Shown: piece by piece, positions 11,028 through 20,656 of the stretch | Layout: each line of letters opens with the position of its first letter | How positions within the stretch are numbered: position 1 is the first letter of the stretch | Origin: Nannocystis bainbridge | Lineage (GTDB): Bacteria; Myxococcota_A; Polyangia; Nannocystales; Nannocystaceae | Direction: 5' to 3' | NCBI RefSeq assembly: GCF_028368995.1 | Contig: NZ_JAQNDL010000003.1 | Span: 2,208,001-2,272,000, forward strand | DNA: 64,000 nucleotides | Translations under genes and position numbers: made by a program | Notes under the pieces: generated by a model | What the model was told of the DNA's origin: nothing | Databases searched by the model: none | Seen by the model: the letters and a program-made list of their open reading frames with translations, nothing else

Positions 11028-11562
11028 GAGCACCGCCTCGTCGAGGGCTACACCGCCGGATCGACCTCGCTGGCGAGACCGACCCGGCCCTCATGCACAC
11101 CGCGGCCGTATCAGGTCGTGCCGCAAAAAGTCCGGCCGAGCCCCCAAGCCCGACGGCACGGCGACCTCGTGTTCGACGGCGACGACATCGTGTTCGCGGA
11201 CACCAGCCCAACCTCCGCCTGGTCGGCAGCGACCGCTTCATCGGCGACAACAAGGCAACCCCGTCAAGCAGTACGAGCCCTTCTTCGACTGGGGCCCCGC
11301 GGACACCGACGAGCGTGAGCCCGTCCGCGCCGAACCGCCACCCGCGGCGCCGCGCCGGTTGTCTGGGAGCGCGGTTATGCCTACCATCTCGGAGGAACTG
11401 GCTGCAGGCCACCAGCGCCCCCTCGACGACATCGACGACCCGCTGAGCTCCACCGTCCCCTACACCACGACGCCCACGGCAACATGACCGCCATGCCCAC
11501 CATCCCCGGGGTCCTGGGACCACGACGATCGCCTGCAGAGCAGCGAGTCCATCGGCGGCGGC
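11028..11562 (+). pseudogene. degenerate scrambled Rhs core relic
   Basis: Indel-ridden blocks matching ~1776-1865, ~807-1030 and ~2495-2710 of the Rhs gene, in that order. Confidence 0.75.
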
Positions 11563-11806
11563 AACAATCGACTCGCGTCGAGCCTCGTGAGACGCGCCGT
11601 CAGCTGTACCCCTGCGAGCTCGAGCCAGGCCTATCGGATTTGGCCCCTACCGACATTCTTTGGGCATAGCCCAATGGCCACTTAGTAGTAGCACCACGAC
11701 TGTCTCCGATTCCGAACACGCCAGGCTATAATGCACCGGATTTGGAGCTTCGAGGAGATTTCAGATCCTTCTTTCCGGGGGGCAGCAAACCCCCAAAAGG
11801 TCCCTG

Positions 11807-12088
11807 ATGACACCGCTCGTTTTCCCACCAGAGTTGAATTTCGTGTGCGCCATGTTCGAGCGTTACGGCGCCTCGACAAAAGAAGAGGTCCATCGCCTGC
11901 TCAATTCTGCAGGCGTGGACGAGCTCGATGCAGTGACGGCAGTTTCGATTCGCCTCCTCGAAAGCGCGGGCGAAGGAATGTTTGCCATGTACCGCTTCGC
12001 CGAACAGATGGAGAATCAAGGAGATTACGATTCAGCCCAGAGAATCCGTGCGTTCACCGAACGCATCATGCCTGTTGTGGTGGGATAA
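11807..12088 (+). CDS. small hypothetical protein, possible orphan immunity
   Basis: 93 aa globular-looking ORF in AT-richer sequence at the end of the Rhs locus. Confidence 0.35.
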   Translation: MTPLVFPPELNFVCAMFERYGASTKEEVHRLLNSAGVDELDAVTAVSIRLLESAGEGMFAMYRFAEQMENQGDYDSAQRIRAFTERIMPVVVG

Positions 12089-12262
12089 TTCTTTGCCCAG
12101 CACGGTAGATCCCGGGTCGTCCGGATCTCCCGCACAGATCCCCGAGCGCATCCCCCACCGACAGCCCGGCGAGGGACAGGCGGGCGCGGGACATCCTTAC
12201 CTCGTGATCGGCGGGCAGCGAGACCATGCCCGCATCCTACCCGCCGCAGCCACGACTGTCAC

Positions 12263-13072
12263 CTACGCGACCGTCTCGGCCTCCGCCCCTTCGAACAGCA
12301 CCGCCACGCGGTTGCGAACCTTCGCCAGCGGCGGCAGCTCCAGCGCCACGTAGTCCGTCCGCTCGATCATCAGGTCTGGGTTTCTCCGCGCCTCGTGCCT
12401 CGGCGGCAGCTTCTCCAGCTCCTCCGAATCAAACCTCCGCAGCGACTTCCGCCGCTGCACGTACGTCCCGCGCTTGAAGAACTCGGGGTAGTCGTTCCAC
12501 TCGACCCCCTTGTCGCGCAGCATCGCCTGCATCTCGGCGCCGTTCTTGTTGTCGAGCTGCTTGTGGCTGTAGTGGGCTCGTGCCGCCATGGCGACCGAGT
12601 TTTTGACCGCGTCGAACTCACGCCACAGGAACGTATTGGCCGCCTCGTCGAGCGAAGGCAGGTTCCACACCCGCGCGTCGAAGTGCGGCAGCTTCTCCCC
12701 GTACTCCCCCGGCAAGAACTCCGGCAGCCTCTTATTGAAGTACGCGGTCGTCAGGCTCGCCAGCACCGACACCAACTTCGAAATACGCCCGTCGAAGATG
12801 ATCTGGCTGTCGGCCGTCGGCGTGTACCAGGCCAACGTGATCTCGTCGGACTGCGTGTAGCCGCACGCCGCGTTGGTCTCGCGCACCAGGAACTTCACCG
12901 TCTCGATCATCAGCTGCGACAGCCGGCGATCGAACGGCCGCTCGAGCCCGTGCGTGAATTTTGAAAAGGAGCGGCCATCGATGCGCGCGACGATCGGCAG
13001 CAGCGGCATGCACTTCCGGCCGGCCTCTGCCATCTCGTACATCTTCATCCGGTCCCCGAGCTCGTCCGTCAT
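12263..13072 (-). CDS. tRNA(His) guanylyltransferase Thg1-like protein (3'-5' polymerase)
   Basis: MTDELGDRMKMYE start with GGAGG upstream; RIDGRSFSKFT, YTQSDEITL, FDGRISKL, HFDAR motifs. Confidence 0.92.
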   Translation of the reverse strand: MTDELGDRMKMYEMAEAGRKCMPLLPIVARIDGRSFSKFTHGLERPFDRRLSQLMIETVKFLVRETNAACGYTQSDEITLAWYTPTADSQIIFDGRISKLVSVLASLTTAYFNKRLPEFLPGEYGEKLPHFDARVWNLPSLDEAANTFLWREFDAVKNSVAMAARAHYSHKQLDNKNGAEMQAMLRDKGVEWNDYPEFFKRGTYVQRRKSLRRFDSEELEKLPPRHEARRNPDLMIERTDYVALELPPLAKVRNRVAVLFEGAEAETVA

Positions 13073-13179
13073 GCGCGCCTCCTTTGCGACGAGGAGGCTC
13101 GCACGAGCGCCACACACAATCAAAGAGGCGAGCCCGCGCGCCTGCGCGCCGACTCGCCTCCATCCACGCTGCGGATACT

Positions 13180-14220
13180 TCAGGCGTTGTCGCCGAAGAT
13201 CGCGCGCAGGCCGTACAGCGACAGGAACGCGAAGCCGGCGCTCGCCGGGATCGTCAGCACCCACGCCAGCACGATGTTGCCGGCCACGCCCCAGCGGACG
13301 GCCGACAGGCGCTTGCTCGCGCCCACGCCCATGATGCACGCGCTGATGCAGTGCGTCGTCGACACCGGCACGCCCATCGCGCTCGCGGTGAGGATCGTCG
13401 CCGTCCCGGCCGTCTCGGCGGCGAAGCCCTGCAGCGGCGTGATGCGGATGATCTTCGTGCCCATCGTCTTGATGATGCGCTTGCCGCCTGCCATCGTGCC
13501 GAGGCCGATCGCCGCCGCGCACGAGAACACCACCCACGTCGGCACGCCCTTGTCGACCGGCAGCATCGACTCGGGCAGCCCGGTGTAGCCGGCGGCCATG
13601 AACGACACCAGCGCGAGCGTGATGATGCCCATCGCCTTCTGCGCGTCGTTCGAGCCGTGCGAGAACGCCATCATGCAGGCCGAGATCAGCTGCAGCCGCC
13701 GTGACCCGCGCTGGACCGAGACCGGCTTGAACGACCGCACGATCCACAGCAGCGCGATCATGAAAAGGAACGCGATCGTGAAGCCCGCCAGCGGCGACAG
13801 CACCAGCGGGATCAGCACCTTGCCGGTCAGCGTGCCCCAGTTGAAGGCCGACATGCCGGCGTGAGCCACGACCGCGCCGGCGAGCCCGCCGATCAGCGCG
13901 TGCGACGAGCTCGACGGGATGCCGTACCACCACGTCAGCAGGTTCCAGATGCAGGCGCCGATCAGCGCCGCCAGCACCACCACCTGGGTGACGATCATCG
14001 GATCGGCGAAGCCGGAGGCGATAGTCTTGGCGACCGCGGTGCCGGTGATGGCGCCGATGAAGTTGAGGATGCCGGCGAGGATGACCGCGGTGCGGACCGG
14101 CAGCACGCCGGTCGAGACGACGGTAGCGATCGCGTTGGCGGCGTCGTGGAAGCCGTTGATGTAGTCGAACACCAGCGCGACCACGATCACCAGGATCAAG
14201 AGCGTCAGCATGCTAACCAT
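13180..14220 (-). CDS. pit: inorganic phosphate transporter, PiT family
   Basis: GFHDAANAIAT and HGSNDAQK signatures, PVSTTH, multiple TM helices. Confidence 0.93.
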   Translation of the reverse strand: MVSMLTLLILVIVVALVFDYINGFHDAANAIATVVSTGVLPVRTAVILAGILNFIGAITGTAVAKTIASGFADPMIVTQVVVLAALIGACIWNLLTWWYGIPSSSSHALIGGLAGAVVAHAGMSAFNWGTLTGKVLIPLVLSPLAGFTIAFLFMIALLWIVRSFKPVSVQRGSRRLQLISACMMAFSHGSNDAQKAMGIITLALVSFMAAGYTGLPESMLPVDKGVPTWVVFSCAAAIGLGTMAGGKRIIKTMGTKIIRITPLQGFAAETAGTATILTASAMGVPVSTTHCISACIMGVGASKRLSAVRWGVAGNIVLAWVLTIPASAGFAFLSLYGLRAIFGDNA

Positions 14221-14851
14221 GCTTCACCGCCAGGTTCTTGAGCCGCTCGGCGACCGTCTCGCACTTGTCGATCGCCTTCTCGAGGTCCTCCAGGACCTCC
14301 TTGTCGCGCAGCAGCACCTTGGCGTCGATCGCCGGGTCGTGGAACAGCTGCCCGACGGCGTTGCGGAAGATCCGGTCGGCCTCCTTCTCGTGCTGCTTGA
14401 TCACCCGGCCGACCGCGATCAGCTTGGCGTACTCGTGGCGGCGCAGCGCCGGCAGCTCGGCCTTGAGCAGCTCGGCCATCACCACCAGGATGTTCATCAG
14501 CTCGATCATCGGCGGCGACGGCTCCGGCACCGCGTACAGCTCGAAGGTCCGGCCCGTCAGGTTGATAAGGTCGACGATGTCGTCGATCGACGCCGCCAGC
14601 AGCTGGATGTCCTCGCGGTCGATCGGCGTCACGAACACCCGAGCCAGCTGCTCTTCGATCTCGTAGACGATCGCATCTGCCTGGTGCTCGAGCTCCTGCA
14701 CTGTCTCGCGCACCTTCTCGGCCGACACGCCGCGCGCGAAGTCGGCGAGCGCGCGGGCGGCCTGCTCGAGCAGCTCGCTCTGCCGCTCGATCAGCCCGTA
14801 AAACACATCCTCCCGCGGAAGGAGCCAACGGATGACGTCCTGCAGTGCCAT
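14213..14851 (-). CDS. DUF47/PhoU-like Pit accessory protein
   Basis: LEHQAD, FVTPIDREDI, LEKAIDKCE motifs; overlaps the pit start. Confidence 0.9.
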   Translation of the reverse strand: MALQDVIRWLLPREDVFYGLIERQSELLEQAARALADFARGVSAEKVRETVQELEHQADAIVYEIEEQLARVFVTPIDREDIQLLAASIDDIVDLINLTGRTFELYAVPEPSPPMIELMNILVVMAELLKAELPALRRHEYAKLIAVGRVIKQHEKEADRIFRNAVGQLFHDPAIDAKVLLRDKEVLEDLEKAIDKCETVAERLKNLAVKHG

Positions 14852-15366
14852 GGGGTGCTTCTCCGCGCGGGAACCTAGCCGGCCTCTGCCGGCGAGTCCA
14901 TCGCTTGCTCGCGCATTTTGCGCATGCGCGACGCCTCTGTAACATGCCCGTCACAACGAAGGCGTAGAGGGCCGCCGCTGCTCATGCATCGCGGTCTCGC
15001 CTCGCCCGCGTGAGGTACCACCAGCCAGCGATCGTCCCGCGAAGGCCCAGCGCCGCGAGCGCGAAGCCCACCGGTCGCGCCGCTTGTCGCCGAGTTCCGA
15101 AGATCCCGAGTCCGCGATGCAGGAGCCTCGCCACGCGATTCGAGGTGCCCGAGCGGCGTCCATAACGAGGCCTCCCACGAGGTGACCGCGACGATCGGCC
15201 GCGTGCGCGTCGAGATCGCCTGCCTCCGTCACGACGCCGATCGTCACCAGCCTCGGCCTCTCGATCGTCTGCAGATCTCGCACTCGAGAGCGCGTCCGGT
15301 CGCTCGCTGTTCCGCGTCGCCCTGCCGCTGGCCTCGCTCCCCGGCGCTCGCTCGCGTCGACACCTC

Positions 15367-15840
15367 TCACGTCGGCGGCGGCTCGGCGTCTCGCGCCGTC
15401 TGGGCGCAGTTGCGGACGCAGGTCCAGCGATCGCCGGCGCCGAGCTGCTTGTCGGCGTGACAGACATCGACGCACGCCGACAGGCGGTCCAGCGACTCGG
15501 GCGTCAGCGTCGCGTCGGCCGCCCGCGCCCGCCGCTTGCAGCGCTTGCCGCACGGCCGCGAATCACCGCACTCGTGAAGACACCGCGCCGCGCCGTCGAA
15601 GGCCGCGTCGACGGCCGTGGGCGTGACCTTGAAGGCCACGTCGCAGTTGCGGCGGCAGGTGATCGCGTCGCCGGGCGCGAGCGCTTGCCCGGTGCAATCG
15701 TCGTAACAGGCGGACAGCCCGCCGCGGTCGCCGCTGGCGTTGTGCTTGCTCTCCTCGAGCTTCGGCGGCGAATGCTCGCGGACCATGTCGCAGGCAGTGA
15801 GAGCGAGCAGGACGGCGGTGGAACGAGCGACGATCGACAT
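15367..15840 (-). CDS. Cys-rich lipoprotein
   Basis: Lipobox LTAC; repeated CxxxC pairs. Confidence 0.7.
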   Translation of the reverse strand: MSIVARSTAVLLALTACDMVREHSPPKLEESKHNASGDRGGLSACYDDCTGQALAPGDAITCRRNCDVAFKVTPTAVDAAFDGAARCLHECGDSRPCGKRCKRRARAADATLTPESLDRLSACVDVCHADKQLGAGDRWTCVRNCAQTARDAEPPPT

Positions 15841-15974
15841 ACCTCATTCATGGCGAGATCTTCGGCCCGGCGACCGCGAAACTCCTGCGCGTCGCCGCAT
15901 CCCGGACGCGCTCGCCGGCCGTGTGACCGCAATGTCACCACCCTCGCCGCGGCGCGCGTGATATCCCGACGCTG

Positions 15975-16820
15975 ATGTCACGAGCAAGCCCATGGATCGT
16001 CGCCCTCGATCTCCGCGACCGCAGCCGCGGCGCCCTCGCGTTCGCTGGCTGGCTCGGCGGCGCCGGCGAATCGGTGATCGGCGCCCACGTGCTCGAGCCA
16101 TGGAGCCGGCCTCACGTGCGCAGCGAGGTCGAGGCCGACCTCGGCCGCGCCGTCGCCCGCGCGACGCATGCGCTCGGCTGCCCTCCGCCCGCGCAGATCG
16201 TCACGGAAGAGGCCGAGACCGCCGAGGCCGGGCTGGCGCGACTCGCCGTCGGCGCCGCCGGCCTCGTCGTCGGTCGCGTCGCCAGCGATCCGCGCCGCGC
16301 CCTGTCGCGCCTCGGCCCGGTCGCGCGCCGGCTGCTGCGTCAGCTGCCCGCGCCGACCGTCGTCGTCCCGCCGACGCTGGTCGCCGTCGCGGCCGGACCG
16401 ATCCTCCTCGCCACCGACTTCGAGCCCGCCAGCGACGAGGCCGCCGTGTTCGCCCGGGGCCTCGCCAGCCGCCTCGGCCGCGCGCTCGAGCTCGTCCATG
16501 TCGGCGAGGATTTTTACGAGGAGGACGACGAGGTCCGCGACCCCGTGTGGCTGCGGGCGCGCGACGCCTACCGCGCCGAGGTCGCGCTGGACAGCGAGCG
16601 CTGGGCCGCCGCGCACGGCCTCGCCGCCACGCCGAGGCACCTGCGCTTCGGCGACGCGGTGCTCGAGCTGGCCGACCTCGCCGAGGCCCGCGACGCCGCC
16701 CTCGTGGTCGTCGGCTCGCGCCGCCTCGGCCTCCCGGCCCGCTTCTTCCTCAGCAGCACCGCCTCCGCCCTGGCCGGCCTGGCCGCCTGCCCGGTCGCCG
16801 TGGTCCCGCCGCGCGACTGA
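15975..16820 (+). CDS. universal stress protein, tandem USP domains
   Basis: IVALD, LVVGR, ILLATDF, LVVVGSR, CPVAVVP motifs. Confidence 0.85.
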   Translation: MSRASPWIVALDLRDRSRGALAFAGWLGGAGESVIGAHVLEPWSRPHVRSEVEADLGRAVARATHALGCPPPAQIVTEEAETAEAGLARLAVGAAGLVVGRVASDPRRALSRLGPVARRLLRQLPAPTVVVPPTLVAVAAGPILLATDFEPASDEAAVFARGLASRLGRALELVHVGEDFYEEDDEVRDPVWLRARDAYRAEVALDSERWAAAHGLAATPRHLRFGDAVLELADLAEARDAALVVVGSRRLGLPARFFLSSTASALAGLAACPVAVVPPRD

Positions 16821-16827
16821 CTCATAT

Positions 16828-16919
16828 AAACTGTCTCTCGAGGCATGTCCTCGAGGACATTCTCCTATGAGCATGTCTCGAAGGGCATTTCCTAAAGAAC
16901 ATGTCTTTTGCGACATGTA
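16828..16919. repeat. 14-bp-period GACATGTC-like array (7 units)
   Basis: Octamer variants start at 16828, 16842, 16856, 16870, 16884, 16898, 16912 and fill the gap between convergent genes. Confidence 0.85.
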
Positions 16920-16920
16920 C

Positions 16921-18567
16921 TCAGGACGCCAGCCCCGGCGGATCGCGCAGCGCCGCGGCCAGGTCGCGGCCGAGGCTCGCGGCCGCGTGCGCCGGCCCGG
17001 CCGCGAACACGTGGCGGTCGGGCCGGACGATCGCCAGCGCGGCCCGGTGCTGACGGAACCACGACGCCAGCCGGTCGTCCGCGTCGGCCATCTCGATCAG
17101 CCCCGGCTCGCCCGTCCCCGGGCCCACGAGGATGAACCGCGGGTTCACCCCATCTAAAAAGCCTTCGCGATTGACCGTGCGTGGATCGGCCGCGAGCCCG
17201 ACCACCGCGAAGCCCGGCCCCAGCAATTCATCCGACCGCCCCGCCGCGCCCCGAACCTGCGGAAAATAGGTCCCCTCGGCGCCGCCACGCGGGCGCTTGC
17301 CGCCGGCGATGAAGCCTGCGCGGTGCAGCGGCGGCGGCTTGAACTCGAAGTCACAGATGAACCGGCGCACCCGATCGATCTGCTGCAGCGCACGGAACAT
17401 CGCGTCGCGCGCGGACGCCAACCACGGCGCGCGCGTCAGGAACACGTGGCCCATGCGCACGCTGGCGGCGATCATCGCCTGCGTGTGCGCCCGCCGCTCG
17501 ACCTCGTAGGTCGCCAGCAGCCGGGCATCCGCCGTGCCGGCCAGCACCGCGGCCAGCTTCCACGCCAGGTTGGCCACGTCGCGCAGGCCCGACACCAGCC
17601 CCTGGCCCATGAACGGCGGCATCTGGTGGGCCGCGTCGCCGACGAGGAACACCCGCCCCACCTGCCAGCGCTCGGCCACGTGCTTGCCGAACCCGTAGAT
17701 CGTGGCGCGCGTGATGCGATAGCGATCGGGGTCGACGAACGGGGCCACCAATGTTCGTACCACCTCGGGTCGCTCGAGTGTCGCCGCCGTCTCGCCGCGG
17801 TGGATCATGCGTTCGATGCGGAGCTCGCCGGCCGGTCCTAGCGCGACGAAGGTCGGCCGCGCCGGGTCGCACACGAAGCGGGTGCTCGGCACCCGCAGCG
17901 CCGCCGGCTCCGCGTAGCCCGAGATCGCCAGCCACGGCTCCGCGTAGCGCGACCCTGGCATCGCCACGCCCAGCGACCGGCGCACCGTGCTGCGCGCCCC
18001 GTCGCAGCCGAGCACGTAGCGGGCCGTCAGCGTCGCCGGACCCGACGCGCCACGCAGCGCCAGCGTCACCGCCTCGGCGCCCGCTCGCAGCCCCGTCACC
18101 TCGCAGCCGCGGCGCAGCGTCACCCACGGGAACCGACGCATGCCCGCGCGCAGCGTCGCCTCGAGCGCCGGCTGATGAAAGAAGTGTAGCGGGCTGTAGC
18201 CCGAGCCGAAATCGAGGCGAGCCAGCCACACCTGCGCGAACGGCCGCCCGGCCACCCCCGTGTAATCGACCTGGTCCACCGCGATCATGTCCGCCAGCAG
18301 CCGATCGACGAGCCCGATCTGCTGGAAGATCCGCAGCGCCTCGTCGTCGCAGCTGAACGCCCGCGACTGGCCGTGATCGTCCGTATCGCGCTCCAGCACC
18401 ACGCAGCGCAGCCCCGCCTGGCCCAGGAAATTGGCCGCCACCGCCCCCACGGGCCCGCAGCCGACGATGGCGACGTCACACTCGTCGGCGTGGGGCGAGG
18501 GCATGGCGCGAGGGCCCGCATCATCGCCGAGGATCTTGCGTGCGTCGAGGTGGCGCCCGACTGCCAT
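16921..18567 (-). CDS. FAD-dependent monooxygenase, MhpA-like aromatic hydroxylase
   Basis: GCGPVG, GCDGARS, GDAAHQMPPFMGQG, VRPDRHV. Start may be 18504. Confidence 0.9.
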   Translation of the reverse strand: MAVGRHLDARKILGDDAGPRAMPSPHADECDVAIVGCGPVGAVAANFLGQAGLRCVVLERDTDDHGQSRAFSCDDEALRIFQQIGLVDRLLADMIAVDQVDYTGVAGRPFAQVWLARLDFGSGYSPLHFFHQPALEATLRAGMRRFPWVTLRRGCEVTGLRAGAEAVTLALRGASGPATLTARYVLGCDGARSTVRRSLGVAMPGSRYAEPWLAISGYAEPAALRVPSTRFVCDPARPTFVALGPAGELRIERMIHRGETAATLERPEVVRTLVAPFVDPDRYRITRATIYGFGKHVAERWQVGRVFLVGDAAHQMPPFMGQGLVSGLRDVANLAWKLAAVLAGTADARLLATYEVERRAHTQAMIAASVRMGHVFLTRAPWLASARDAMFRALQQIDRVRRFICDFEFKPPPLHRAGFIAGGKRPRGGAEGTYFPQVRGAAGRSDELLGPGFAVVGLAADPRTVNREGFLDGVNPRFILVGPGTGEPGLIEMADADDRLASWFRQHRAALAIVRPDRHVFAAGPAHAAASLGRDLAAALRDPPGLAS

Positions 18568-18684
18568 GATTCATCCCTGCCACGAATCACTCGAGATCGA
18601 TCGTCGTTGAACGATCGTCAACAGCGCGCTTTCGCCCGGCGGGCGCGCGGTGACACTTCTCGGCCGGCGCGGTGTTGCACCGCC

Positions 18685-19410
18685 ATGCCGCTCCGCGCCC
18701 GCTGCACTCGCCTCGCCGCCCTGCTCGTCCTCCCGTCCGCGCTCCTCGCCGGCGGCTGCATCCCGCTGGTCGGCGACGGCGACCTCGAGGTCCGCGAGCG
18801 CGAGGTCTCGGGCTTCGACGCGGTCGTCAACGACACCGCGCTCGACGTCGAGGTCACTCTCGGCGCGGCCGAGAGCGTGCGCGTGATGTGCGACGCCAAC
18901 CTGCTCGATCGCGTCGAGACCGCCGTCCGGGACGGCGTCCTGCACATCGGCCGCGCCGGCCTGCTGCCGCTGCGACCGCGCGCCGGCTGCCGCGTCGAGG
19001 TCGACGCCGAGCACCTGCGCGCGCTGCGAAACAGCGGCTCCGGCGACCTGCGGACCATCGGCGTCGCCACCGAGCTGGTCGACATCCGCCAGAAGGGCTC
19101 GGGCTCGATCACCGTCGACGAACTGCAGGTCGCGCACCTCGAGGTCCGCGCGACCGGCTCCGGCAGCGTCGACCTCGCCGGCGAGAGCGACGACGTCGCC
19201 TACATCAACACCGGCTCCGGCACGATCCACGCCCGCGAGCTGACGGCCGCCACGGCCCTGGCCCGCAGCACCGGCTCGGGCGGGCTCGATCTCCACGCCA
19301 GCGAGCTCGTCGACGCCGAGCTGCTCGGCTCCGGCGACATTCACGTGTGGGGCTCGCCCGCCGATCGCCACGCCCGCACCACCGGCTCGGGCGCGGTCGT
19401 GTTCCACTGA
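18685..19410 (+). CDS. DUF2807 (head GIN) lipoprotein
   Basis: Signal peptide LAGGC; repeated (S/T)GSG beta-helix motifs. Confidence 0.85.
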   Translation: MPLRARCTRLAALLVLPSALLAGGCIPLVGDGDLEVREREVSGFDAVVNDTALDVEVTLGAAESVRVMCDANLLDRVETAVRDGVLHIGRAGLLPLRPRAGCRVEVDAEHLRALRNSGSGDLRTIGVATELVDIRQKGSGSITVDELQVAHLEVRATGSGSVDLAGESDDVAYINTGSGTIHARELTAATALARSTGSGGLDLHASELVDAELLGSGDIHVWGSPADRHARTTGSGAVVFH

Positions 19411-20085
19411 TCAGAGGTTCCGCGGGTTCTTGTCGTCGACGTGTTGGCGGATCTCCCGCATCCACGCGTCGAAGTCCGCGTCGCCCAGCGTGTGCCCCGG
19501 CTGGACCCGCGCCCACTCGCGCCGCAGCGCCTCCTTCGCCACGCGCAGGCGCCCGGCCACCGTCTCGCGCGACTTCAGCTTCAGCACGTCCTGGATCTCC
19601 GGCTCGGTGAGGTCGTTCCAGTAACGCAGCTCGAGCACCGTCTGGGCGTTGATCGTCAGCCGGCGCAGACACTCGAACAGCATGCGCGCCTGCTCGTTGG
19701 CGAACACGAACGAGGACATCGCGGGCAGGCCGGTGTCGACGACGGCGTGGATCTCCGGGTCGAACGAATCGAAGTCGCGCCGCCGACGCTCCTGAAGGTG
19801 GCGACAGAGGACGCGATAGGCGATCGCAAACAGGTACCCGCGGAAGCTGCACTCGCCGCGGAAGTTGTCCCGCGACTTGACGCACTCGAGGAAGGTCCGG
19901 TTGGTCAGGTCCTGGTAGTGCGACTCGTCCTTGCTGAGGAAGAACCGCCGCAGCCGCGCGTAGTGGCGCTTCAGCAGGAGGTTGCCGGCGCGGGCATCAC
20001 CCGCGCACCAGCGGTCGAACAGGGGGCGGTCGTCGTCTGCCACGGGGGTTCGGGTCTCGGAGGTCGTCGTCGTCGTCGTGAGCAT
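19411..20085 (-). CDS. ECF sigma-70 factor
   Basis: Region 2 (DLTNRTFLEC...SFRGYLFAIA) and region 4 (VLELRYWNDLTEPEI...TVAGRLRVAKEAL). Confidence 0.85.
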   Translation of the reverse strand: MLTTTTTTSETRTPVADDDRPLFDRWCAGDARAGNLLLKRHYARLRRFFLSKDESHYQDLTNRTFLECVKSRDNFRGECSFRGYLFAIAYRVLCRHLQERRRRDFDSFDPEIHAVVDTGLPAMSSFVFANEQARMLFECLRRLTINAQTVLELRYWNDLTEPEIQDVLKLKSRETVAGRLRVAKEALRREWARVQPGHTLGDADFDAWMREIRQHVDDKNPRNL

Positions 20086-20183
20086 CGCGCAGGGCTCCTG
20101 GACGGCGCGAAGGCCGTCCAGAAGCGTGGTGCGCCGACCGGGGGCGGACGATCACCTCCGGTCGTGATTTTTTTCGCCGCGGT

Positions 20184-20543
20184 CTACACCCCGAAGGCGG
20201 CCCGCCGGACCGGGTCGGGCTTGGTCGCCTCCTTCTTGGTGCTGACCCGGATCGTCGCCGCGGTGCCGGTGGTCTCGGCGATCAGCACGAAGGTCGTCTC
20301 GGTCTCGCGGTCGGGCAGCAAGAACGACAGGTACTGGCTGGTGTTGGAGGTCGACCAGGTCGGCGACTCGAGCCGCAGGGTGTGCCCGGCCGGATGCTGC
20401 GCGTACACGTAGGTCCCGCAGGCGACCTCGAGCTGGTTCACCGCGCTGCCGAACGTCAGCGCGGCCTGGTCTTCGTTCAAGTCGGGGTTGCCGGGGGCAG
20501 TGAAGATCACGTTCAAGGTGGTCGGTGTCGTGTGCATGGGCAT
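20184..20543 (-). CDS. small hypothetical protein between kinase and sigma
   Basis: 119 aa, AAGGA just upstream, host-like codon usage, co-oriented in the kinase-sigma run. Confidence 0.65.
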   Translation of the reverse strand: MPMHTTPTTLNVIFTAPGNPDLNEDQAALTFGSAVNQLEVACGTYVYAQHPAGHTLRLESPTWSTSNTSQYLSFLLPDRETETTFVLIAETTGTAATIRVSTKKEATKPDPVRRAAFGV

Positions 20544-20656
20544 CCTTGCGCACGAGGCCCGTCGTCGATGGTTTTGACGGTGGCCTCGAGGGTTTTCGGT
20601 GGGAGATGGGCTCTGCGACTCGGTAGTGCCGACGGGCGAGCGATCCGGTCACGCGC

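Noticed and set aside
13073-13933. Long N-terminal extension of the Thg1-like ORF (556 aa)
   Set aside because: Alternative-frame overlap with pit; the real start is 13072.
14855-15366. Small ORFs upstream of the DUF47 gene
   Set aside because: No recognisable motif or convincing start; left uncalled.
16828-16919. GACATGTC arrays as CRISPR arrays
   Set aside because: 8-bp repeats and 6-nt spacers are far too short; no cas genes or leader in the window.
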